Origin: Enoplolaimus lenunculus
Taxonomy: Eukaryota
NCBI GenBank assembly: GCA_030248215.1
Contig: JASANG010000611.1
Coordinates: forward strand, 372,001 to 436,000
Length of the DNA: 64,000 nt
Direction of reading: 5' to 3'
Shown: piece after piece, positions 54,226-64,000 of the stretch
Numbering within the stretch: position 1 is the stretch's first letter
How the letters are laid out: the number at the start of each line of letters is the position of its first letter
Translations under genes and position numbers: made by a program
Notes under the pieces: generated by a model
The model's database searches: none
What the model was told of the DNA's origin: nothing
Seen by the model: the letters and a program-made list of their open reading frames with translations, nothing else

Positions 54226-55376
54226 CTGTCCAACTACATTTTCCGTCGACTATATTTGTGGACCGTATGCTGCCAGCTAGCAAACATATAGTGCACTGCA
54301 GTATATTGCATGTGCACAAAACGGACAAGCATGTCTCACATGCTTACACCGAATACATTAGACTCGTACACAATTTATCAGACTGGTACACTATCAGTAA
54401 ACCCGAAATTACAGTGAAGTGATTTACCTATGCGCGCCAACTGTGCAATTGCTCACTACGGGACACAAAATTTTGATATGCACCGTATCGAAGCCTATAC
54501 AATGCATGCCTATCATCAAATTTCGACAAGCAGCAGCAATACTGGAGCTCAGCACATAATTGGAACAGAATGGAAACTGTAAGTAAATTATTATGCGCAA
54601 GGTAAACGTGCTAACCTGATCTGATTGCATTTTCATCCGTTATTTTAGTCACCGAACAAGCGATGGTTGCAACAAACTGAAACCCGAAAAAAGTTCCGAA
54701 AACTGGAATATTTTGACAAGCAACGTGAGACCTGCCACTTTTCAGTGGTAAACTATCAGCAAAATTTTATACCACCAGTTGTTTTCAATATTTGACTAAC
54801 TTTCTTCAGTTTCAGAACTACTTAACTTCGTAAAACTGACAAAAAATTATTAGCTATGACAACACTTTAAACACCATTAAAATTAACGAATTATTTTGAA
54901 CATGAAATTCACTTTACACCTACGTTTCTTAAACATTGGCGGGCAAGCAAGAAGCAAGACGTAATTTTATCGCTAGACCTTAATCCAAAATTCTGGTTGA
55001 ATTCATGACCTGTCGTCGCCCGATATCCCGTCTACCCCGAACTGGTCGCCCGAGCATCTCATCTACCTCTATCTACCAATAGATCTCATCGACGCAGAAC
55101 TTTTTCTTTCCGATATTTAAATGATATTTTTGTTAAAGCAATAATGGCTCTCGATCAGTGTTTACGTTGTTGTTTCTATAACCCTTGTTCGCTTGTTTTG
55201 TTCAAGGAGATGAATGTTGAAAAAATTATACCCAATCCCCCTGAGAAACTCAACAATACTTTACAGTTTCCTTCTCCCTCATCGATCAACTCACTTGTCA
55301 ACAGCTCATTTATTTTTTGTGTATAGAATTCCGTTCCACTCGGAACTGTTCTGCTGGTGCTTGCCCTGAAACTTAA

Positions 55377-57579
55377 CCCTCAATGGCCCGACAGTCTACA
55401 TATGTAGACATAACCAGTTCGACAATTGATTGTTCGGCAGGTGCTATAGTTAAGAATCTATTGTTTAATTTCCATCGATAATTATTCTGTTATAGTAGTA
55501 TAAAAAACTTATAGCATTGTGGGAACAAAAGTTTGCTGTACAGTGAGTCATATACCTATATAACCCGACCGTCTACATATGTAGACAGATGTTGATTTGA
55601 TCATAGTTTGAGTTTTGACAAGAATTGGAACGTTTTGTTCTTACACACGGTTTTGTATGGTGAGGTAAAGTCAGGGAAATGTCAGGTTTGCATAAATTAT
55701 CTTTGACTGAGGTCGTACGACGTGTATTAGAACCAAGTGATTCAGAGACAGAAGATGACAAACCGGACGACAATAGTTCAAATGACGACTCAGAATCAGT
55801 TGAGTTAGGTCAATGCAGTAGTGAAGAGGCTGCTATTTATGAGCAAGATAGTGATGGTGAATTACAAAAACAATCGGACGCATCTAGTAGTGAGTTGAGC
55901 GATATGGACGAGACTTCTAGTGGAAGTAATGTGTTTTTGTCAGCGACGGGTGTTGAGTGGCATTCTACAACACCGCCTGTCCGTGTGTTAGCTAGAAATA
56001 TAATTCGCTTTCGCGAAGGCACTGCAGTAAACCCTACAACAGAGTCACAAGCATTTTATCTTTATATAAACGAGCCCATTTTACATACAATTCAGCGACT
56101 CACTAGTAGGCGACTGCGGGCGCGCAATTTTTCAACGCTACCAATGTGCGAGCTGAAAGCTTGGCTTGGGGTGGTAATCAGAGCTGGTGCAGATCGCGAT
56201 AACATGTCTCCAGTGGCTTCACTATTCACCAAAAACGACAGCAGGCCCTTTTACCGCTGCGCGCTGTCAAAAAACAGAATGAAACAGTTGCTGGAAAATG
56301 TAACATTCGACAACAAACTGACTCGCCGGGAGCGTCAAAAAAGTGACAAAATGGCTGCTATACGAGATGTTTGGGACCTATTTCAGTCCAACTTACGTCT
56401 TCATTATATACCGTCCGAATCACTTACAGTAGATGAACAGCTCTACGGGTATAGAGGATATGCACCGGAGCGAGCGTACATGCCGGCGAAACCTGCTAAG
56501 TACGGCGTAAAAATATTCTGGCTTTGCGATGCTCGGAATGGATATGCCCTAAAAGGAAATATTTATACAGGGCGTGAAGGCGAACGGGCCGTAGGGCTTG
56601 CTAAACGCATCGTAATGGATCTTATTCAACCATACTGTAACACTCAGCGAAACATTTTCATGGACCGCTATTTCACATCCCATGAATTGGCTGTGGACCT
56701 ATTACAAAGTGGGCTAACGTGCACAGGCACAATAATGGCAAATCGCCGCAGCGTACCTCCGGTGCTAAAGTCAACAAAAGAACAAGAGGTCTATAGCACC
56801 CGATTTTTATGGGACCACAATAACCGCATAATGTTGGCGTCTTATTGTCCAAAGAAAAATAAAAATGTGCTATTACTAAGTTCAGTTCATGTGAAAAACG
56901 AAGTTTGCACCAGCAGAGAGGACAAAAAACCAGCAGTTATCTTGGATTATAATTTGGGAAAAGGCGGGGTTGATGTAATGGACTCTTGCATTGATGATTT
57001 TACCTGCAAACGCAAAACGAATCGTTATCCTCTAGTCTGCTTTTTCAATATGATTGATATTGCGTTGCACAACGCATTCATTGTCATGAAACTGAACGGA
57101 TATCAAAAGTCACGCAATGTTTTCATGAAAAAAGTAGCCGAACAACTAGCGCAAGACAATATGACCAAACGTTACAGTAGTGAAAAAATTTACGCAAAAT
57201 CAAAGGATTCATTTATGGCTTACGGGCTGCCTCAAAAGCGAAACGAACCTTCTACATCTGGTAAACCGACCAAATGTCAGGTCACAAGTTGTCGCAAATC
57301 TACGAGATTGAGCTGTTCGTCATGTGGAAAACGAGTGTGCAAGGACCACATGAATCGCACCATAACGTGCAACGACTGTGCTTAACTGGACAACGCGCCC
57401 GCAGTGGGAGGCTGGACGGGGAGCGGGTGGAACTCCGCCAGAACACTAGTTCTGACTGTCTCAAGCCAGTTAAAGGAGGAGAGCACCCTGAGATAAGCCA
57501 AAACTAACGCTAGTTGTGTTGTCTACATATGTAGACCGTTGGGCTGATTAAGGTGAAAATTTTGCCGGGCCGTTGAGGG
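55377..57579 (+). mobile_element. piggyBac DNA transposon, 2203 bp, apparently complete
   Basis: TTAA on both flanks (55373-55376, 57580-57583). 17-bp TIRs CCCTCAATGGCCCGACA / revcomp CCCTCAACGGCCCGGCA (2 mismatches). Subterminal palindrome GTCTACATATGTAGAC at 55394, 55571 and 57521. Single transposase ORF. Confidence 0.95.
55679..57385 (+). CDS. piggyBac transposase (PGBD4-like), 568 aa, uninterrupted
   Basis: Acidic N-terminus; catalytic DDD contexts LTVDEQL, IFMDRYF and KGGVDVMD; motif YMPAKPAKYGVKIFWLCDA; C-terminal Cys/His-rich domain (CQVTSC...CSSCGKRVCKDH...CNDC). Confidence 0.95.
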   Translation: MSGLHKLSLTEVVRRVLEPSDSETEDDKPDDNSSNDDSESVELGQCSSEEAAIYEQDSDGELQKQSDASSSELSDMDETSSGSNVFLSATGVEWHSTTPPVRVLARNIIRFREGTAVNPTTESQAFYLYINEPILHTIQRLTSRRLRARNFSTLPMCELKAWLGVVIRAGADRDNMSPVASLFTKNDSRPFYRCALSKNRMKQLLENVTFDNKLTRRERQKSDKMAAIRDVWDLFQSNLRLHYIPSESLTVDEQLYGYRGYAPERAYMPAKPAKYGVKIFWLCDARNGYALKGNIYTGREGERAVGLAKRIVMDLIQPYCNTQRNIFMDRYFTSHELAVDLLQSGLTCTGTIMANRRSVPPVLKSTKEQEVYSTRFLWDHNNRIMLASYCPKKNKNVLLLSSVHVKNEVCTSREDKKPAVILDYNLGKGGVDVMDSCIDDFTCKRKTNRYPLVCFFNMIDIALHNAFIVMKLNGYQKSRNVFMKKVAEQLAQDNMTKRYSSEKIYAKSKDSFMAYGLPQKRNEPSTSGKPTKCQVTSCRKSTRLSCSSCGKRVCKDHMNRTITCNDCA

Positions 57580-58044
57580 TTAATTAGCCCTCCAGTCTAC
57601 ATGTGTAGACACTGTGTAGTTTCAGCTATAAAATTCTCAAACATTACTTCAGTGTATATGTGTATTTAGCATTTCCTGTTAGGTACCAACTATCTGAACT
57701 TCTTCACGCTAGGCGAGACAGTCAAGGCATCATGTCTTGTCCGAATTCATTCTTTCTGTCCAACCAGTCATCAAAGAAGCAGAACCATTATATTGATAAA
57801 CTGCGGTTTTTACATCATATCGCAGAATCTATGCATATATCCGCATCCCACACGTTACGCTGGACTATGTAACTTACTTTCAGCATGACTTTTTTGGAAT
57901 TTTGAGGATTTACACGTGATCATTCGCGAAATTTGCCTTAGTTCCTAGTGTTATGTCCACATAAACATGCCATGTCTACATGTAAGTAGGCAGGTGGTCG
58001 TTCAGGATTAACTCATCTAAAACCTTACATATTATACAGCAGTC

Positions 58045-59180
58045 GTAGTGGGACTACATTTATTGAGCGAAGCTCGAACACACGTAAGCAATTAAGGTAA
58101 TATGCAAATTAGTTATTAGCTAACTATTCATTTAGCGGTTTTGGAGGTTTGTAAGCAATTTTCTCAGATTCCTCGCACCCAAAAACCCTTCAGCCACCCT
58201 AATAATTATTGGAATAATTTAAAAAGTCCTAATTTTGTCTCGTCAATTAAGCAAATATTCAAATTACGTATTAGCTAACTATTCGACAATTGCTGTTAAA
58301 GGTCTGTAGACAATTTATTCAGATTCCTCGCACCCGAAAACCCATTATTGCTCAAATTAGATTGCTTGTAACCCTAATAATTAGTGAAACACCGTAAAAA
58401 CGCCTAATTTAGGCTTATCAATTCTACTTATATGCAAATTATCTATTAGCTAACTACTCAATTATCGGTGTTAGAAGTTTGTAAACAATTTATTCAGATT
58501 CCTCGCACAAAAAAACCTTCAGTAAACCTCTATAAATATTGAAATAATTTAAAAAGTCCTAATTTTGCCTTGTCAATTAAGCTAATATGCAAATTAGCTA
58601 TTAGCTAACTATTCAATTATCGGTTTGGGATTTTTGTAAACAATCTATACAAATTCCTCGCACCTAAAAACCCTTTATTGCTTAAATTAAATTGCTTTTA
58701 ACCTTAATAATTAGTGAAATATTATAAAAAGTCCTAATTTAGGCTTACAAACTATGCTAATATGTAAATTATCCATTAGCTAACTGCTCAATTATCAGTT
58801 TTGGAGGTTTGTAAACAGTCTACGGAGATTTCTCGCACACAAAACCCTTTAATGCTAAAATTTTAGATTGCTTCTAACTGTAATAATTAGTGAAATATTG
58901 TGGAAAACCCTAATTTAGGCTTAATTAATTATGCAAATTAGACTGTAGCTAATAAACGGCTTAAAATTATAAAACCTCAATGCGAGATTAACACCCTAGG
59001 ATAATTGGCTTTCAAACAAAAAAAGTTTATGAAAATCGGTTCAGCCGTTCCTGAGATTCTTTTCGGACGGACAGACGGACAGACGGACGGACAGACATCC
59101 ACCTTTCGACCTTCAAGTACAAAACATAAAACGCTTCGCGAAAGTCCGAGCTTCGCTCGGAGTTTCGCTTTGCTCAATAA
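58045..59180 (-). mobile_element. Helentron-associated / DINE-1-like non-autonomous rolling-circle element with central tandem repeats
   Basis: Subterminal inverted repeats TTATTGAGCGAAGC (58060) and GCTTTGCTCAATAA (59167). On the minus strand these are followed by a (GTCC/GTCT)n microsatellite (~59066-59097) and the core ATCTCAGGAACGGCTGAACCGATTT. Terminal stem-loop GTAGT-GGG-ACTAC at 58045-58057. Internal tandem array. Confidence 0.8.
58102..58955. repeat. Tandem array of ~155-176-bp units (5 full units plus a partial)
   Basis: The motifs ATGCAAATTA..TATTAGCTAACTA and GATTCCTCGCAC recur, with unit starts at about 58102, 58257, 58432, 58587, 58762 and 58932. Confidence 0.9.
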
Positions 59181-60573
59181 CGAATTCGTATAATTTCTGG
59201 TCTGCACATAATTCGCTTCAACCAAGAAAAGTTTGCCTTGAACGCGTTTAAACTTATAATTCTAATTCTGCCCATGAAAATCCAATTTCAGGTCCATTTG
59301 AAACGGCAAATGAACAATTTTTCGGTGCGTGCATTCAAGATTGGCCCAGTCCACTCCCCCGAGCTAGTGCCGAGGTCAACATTAATGGCTTCGAGATAAT
59401 TTCTTATTTCTTGCGAAGTATTAGTTATTTTTCTCGGAAATATGTGGGCTGGATTGAAACGGGATTATTTTTTCATGGCGGTCATTATTTCGTTTCTATA
59501 TTGGCGGTGTAAAAATGACCGGAGTTCTCTTTTTAATGGGGGATTATTTTTACACACGACCGTATATACAAGAAAAATAGGACCTCCGTGAAAATGTATC
59601 AGGAGGTCATTTTTTCGGGTAATTTTTTATGCGACACCGGCACTGTATTTTTCACGAAAATACGATTCTAAATATTAAAAGGTTAACAGCTAAAAATTGG
59701 ACCTGACTAGATGGTCAACCTCAGCTCCTAAAATTAGTGCTTTTTACCTTACAGTTATTTTTATTCTATATAAACGTAAGAAAAACAAAACTTATGCTTT
59801 GAAAACTAGTCCATTCACCGGCAACATTTTACTTTAATTATTTACTTGCTAATAAATTTACTCGCAGAAGTTGATGTAAATAAGGATACGAATTTTGCCA
59901 AGCTCCATATTTAGATATTAGCGGCGGCACCAGGAATTTCTGACGGGGAGCGGGTTGGCAAACGTTAATATGAAACGCAAAAACTGTTATGTCCGCACCT
60001 TATCATTTTATAACCAAAAAGTTTTCTGTGGTGGACAAAATTGTAAAATAAATAAGACCTTTTCAACTTATTACCGAAAAATTTTTGAAGGAAAAATTAG
60101 GGACCTTATATTTTTTACGAAAACTTTTTTGAGGGGAAAAATTGTAAGGTAAGGAGGGACCTTACCATTTTATCACAAAAAAATTTCGGATGGTTCGAGT
60201 CAAATTTCCAACGTAACTTATTGGTATCAGATTTATTATTAAATTAAAATTAATTCTGTGCACTCGCGCTGGCACTAGCACAAGTGACGTGCTAAATGTG
60301 TGAAGGTCCCAAAGTCAGTTTAAGGAGCTAAGAGCCCCATGACCAAGAAATGTTGTAGTTTTCAGATGAATACATTAATATTAGGTATATCTTCGCGAGT
60401 GTCAACAAGCAAAAATACAGACCTAATTTATGTGCACATATTAAAGCACAAATTAAAGGTTTACAGCTATTCTGCATTTTCAAATTTTGCGAGGGCGCCA
60501 ACCTAGGTGTCAGAGGCTCCCTACATTTGGGGCTATGGGGAAGCTAAGCACGGCACTGATCACACGCAACATA

Positions 60574-63500
60574 TCACTGTTGAAACAGACGGCCAAGTTT
60601 CGCCGCAATAATCAAAGTGCTCACTGATACAAGCAAACATATCACACCAAATGTTACATACGCCATCGCGGAAACTTGCAGTGCTAACGCTTTAGGGAAA
60701 TCCATTTGGGTTCTAGCGACAGCGACAGGTACTACAGTGTCAACAAAGCTAAAATCAGGAGTTGAATGCGCAAGTTGGCTACTGTACTGACGTTGATCAG
60801 CTATTTGCGGCAAAGAATCATCTTGATAGGCCAAACTATAATGGCGACTATGAGCGGCGATTACAGTAACAGTTGTTGCATAAATATTTCGATGATTTAA
60901 ATCGCGTAAATGGACTGTTGAGGAACCACCGACGTTGTTGACTACTGTTCGATGTAATAATTCGTCAGGCGACGTTGCCGTGTGACTAGAATCGCCGCTG
61001 CCAACTGTTTGAATTGTGTCCAAATTTGCAAAACGTTCTGCAATACTGATCACTTCTGAAATAAAAAAAACCTACCCGCAAGTGTCATTCAATGTTAGAG
61101 CCCGTTGACCGCATGGGATCAGACAAAAAATGATTTGGCGCTCTACCAGCCATTTGCGATCACACCAAATGAGTTATTTCACCATAACTTGTAAACCAGT
61201 GGTTAATGTTAAAAATCTTAGCACCGTTCAACTTTAAGCGCCGAAACCTAGTGTTGCATGGTTCTTATTATGTAACTTTTTGACGAGAAACTAATTTCGC
61301 TCGCAAGGGGCGAACTTAGGATCTTAGAAAGCAATTTTTTAAAAATTCAAATTTAAAGTGGAACGATCACATGAGGTTATGTCAGAAGCTCTAGAAAAAC
61401 TGTTAGAATCCGTCCCTTTTTGACAAACCTCGGCTACTCGGCTGGCGGACGCAACAAAAAGAGACAATTCTTATATGGAAAAATGCAACCATTAAAACAA
61501 AATTCATTGACCATATTTTCAAACATGGGACCACTTGCTGATTGGTCTTGCAAATTTCTAACCAGGACATTGCCGCATTTTTCCAATTTCACCGATTCTA
61601 CTAATCAGCAAACTATGGGATACGTATTTGACACAAATGTTTTGTTTGAAAAGTTATTACAATCGGGTCATAGGATCTGCATACATTTGAAAATTCGCAT
61701 CCTGATCGCGAATCTTACTTTTAGTCAATGGCATGCTCAATGGAATCAACATATGCACCGACATAAACACACCGACTAGCATCAACAGTACCAACGCAAG
61801 TACGCCACTATTTCGAGTCCATCCCCGAGCAATGACCATTGCCAGTACCCCTAAGATACTTAAGTAGGCAATATAAAGAAAGTTAGTTGCGTTGACTTCA
61901 GTTGTATCCCAACTGCCATTCAATACAATTCCAATATTAAATTCAACAACTTCAGCAACGAACATAATCGTAGCCGAAATAAAATAAAATATCGCCGATA
62001 CATTTAAACGATACACAAGCGTTTCAATTTCGGAATATGTCGCATTTAAATATTTCAGTCGTTCAAGATCTTTCGTTGCAACTGGAGCGATTTGCTCAGC
62101 AAGTGGTGTTGCGTTGCGTAGTTGCATGCTCATCGGATCAGGATTGTACTCAATGCTGCGACTCACTTTCCGCCTCGCTTTGTTACTATTTGTATGGCTT
62201 TTGTTATTATTGCTGCTATTCGTCCTGCGAACATCACCATTGCCTAGCTTTGAACTTCGAAATAAATTAAGCCAACTTTTTGATGAAGTTTGACCGCCGA
62301 TGTAGAACGGTCCAGAATAGTTTCGGTCATGATTACTCGGGGTGCGGTGCTGCCCTGAGGTGCCAGCCCGATTTGAAGAACCATGCCCGGTTGGATTCTG
62401 CGCGTAGTTGTGATGATCGCCAGTTGTTTGGCAACTTGTAGTCGCTCGACTTCCAGACTCAAACTCTTCACTTCCTTCGTCTGTATTAACACCGCTGAAT
62501 CGTTTTCCTGTCGGTGCTTTGTTCAAACCAGAAATTGCCGTATTGTTTGTTACCGAAGTGGGAACTGCAACGCCGTTAGCCATTATGCCTTCAGGCAGGC
62601 CGTCGCGATTTGTTGTTGCCCTTCCATGACATTTCGGAAGCGGTCCCGATCGCGGTAATCCGTTAAATCGATAATTCTGAGAACTTGATGTCACTCGCGG
62701 TGCACCAATTGTTCGCAACCCAAACCATGGATTTGTTGCCGTCGTATTTTCTTTGTTACTTCCGGGTTTACTGTTAACATAGTTACTTCTACCGTTTGCT
62801 TCTGCCCAATTCGCTCCCGTTGAGTTACCAGCCATGCGACCACCGCGTGATCTCATGTCGGCGTCGGAAGATTTATGACGGGGCAGAGCACCAGTCTTTT
62901 TAAGACCAAATCGTTGAGAAAGATCCGCCTGTTTTCGGGTAGGATCGACGTTTCGAATCCAGCTAAGCGTCCAGTTCCACCGGGACGTCTGCTCCGGATC
63001 ATAAGTGTACGTATATCCTGCAGTATTGGGCGGTTTCGGGTTTCTGCATTGGGTTGCATCCGCAGTCGACGATAATAAATAACTTGGTGCTCGGTGCGGC
63101 TTCCATTTACGCTGTTCGCCGCTAATCTTTTGCCGCCCGTGACCCGAGAACGCCGGATTATTGTGACGGAAAAAGTTTTGCGAACGTTGAACAGCCGGTG
63201 CCCTCGTATCGGCGCGTTGACTGACCTGTAGTATAAAACAGATACGTAGTGTCAAAATATATTATTGTAAGGGAAGAAATTTCAAAGCAGCAATGGTAAT
63301 TGCTGTATTTTTACAGCACGTGTATGGTCTATACTATAGTGACAGGATATTGATATCGTACTATTCACATGCGCGAGTTTTTTTGAATCGAGATCTGGCA
63401 GCTCCGGATTACGCGGCCAAGGTTTTGCAACGGGAAGGTACAGCTACAACTTACGCTTGCAAAATGGTTTCGAATAACACTTGCACGCGCAAAGTGCTAC

Positions 63501-64000
63501 TGCAAGTTCACTGTACAAATATTTGCACGTAAAACCCGCACCTGGGAGTTGGAGCTGCAAATTTTCGCTGAAACTGTTGCATATCGTGTTTACAACTTCA
63601 ATTATTCGTTGAATAAACTTGCACATGTGAACGGGACTTATTTTAAACCAAATTTTTAAATCTCTAATAAAAATACACTTACCACGTCGTGTTTCGTGAT
63701 TGCTGGATTACATAACGCTGGAAACGACGCAACTGCCGTATCGTAACTTGTGATTTGAGACGGACCCCAAATTGTTGGATGGCACAGGTCGTGTACTGCC
63801 ATTTGAGAATGAGGATATAATCCCGCCGGGTTTGGCATTGCACTGTTTTGTGTAAAAAATGAACCGTGGGGATAAGGTGTCCAAGAACGCTGCTGACTCG
63901 CATCGTAGTACGAGACGCCTTGATGGTATCTTGTGGGTAACATACGTGTCTCCCGAACCGCCGAAGGTAAGGAGTTTGACGCAATGTCGCACTGGTAATA
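60574..64000 (-). CDS. Uncharacterised membrane protein, 5'-partial, with a long polar N-terminal region and four C-terminal hydrophobic helices. Exons >64000-63683, 63225-61719, 61055-60574
   Basis: Long ORFs (532 aa and 159 aa) are joined by GT-AG introns with matching phases (0, then 1). Hydrophobic segments: AIFYFISATIMFVAEVV, FLYIAYLSILGVLAMVIA, GVLALVLLMLVGVFMSVHMLIPL and, after a ~110-aa loop, AMAYVTFGVICLLVSVSTLIIAA. Confidence 0.75.

Noticed and set aside
58102..58955. CRISPR-like periodic array
   Set aside because: Units are similar along their whole length with no unique spacers, the context is eukaryotic, and there are no cas genes.

Overview
Eukaryotic, AT-rich, intron-containing DNA. 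It is most likely nematode: the kinase carries the UNC-82-type post-kinase extension, acceptors are TTTCAG/TTTTAG, and TTAGGC motifs recur. I reconstructed four spliced genes by hand with frame-consistent exons: (+) the 3' part of eEF1B-gamma (109-5606); (+) a complete NUAK/UNC-82-like kinase with a 5.9-kb last exon (10846-23647); (-) a ~922-aa low-complexity protein with a YLPM1/ZAP3-like N-terminal motif and one GC-AG intron (52945-41316); and (-) the 3' part of a four-TM membrane protein (64000-60574). Introns and intergenic DNA are dense with DNA transposons: an apparently intact piggyBac (55377-57579), a decayed Merlin/IS1016-type element with ~270-bp TIRs (43983-45795), a Helentron/DINE-1-like element with a tandem array (58045-59180), and many MITEs, several with 8-bp TSDs. 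The most unusual signal is that tRNA-derived Pol III modules (A/B boxes) sit inside repeats that are not built like SINEs. Examples are both TIRs of the Merlin element, an inverted-head element nested among MITEs, and the 3' half of a dispersed family. All calls are by eye; no searches were run. Region 24-41 kb is only partly resolved.
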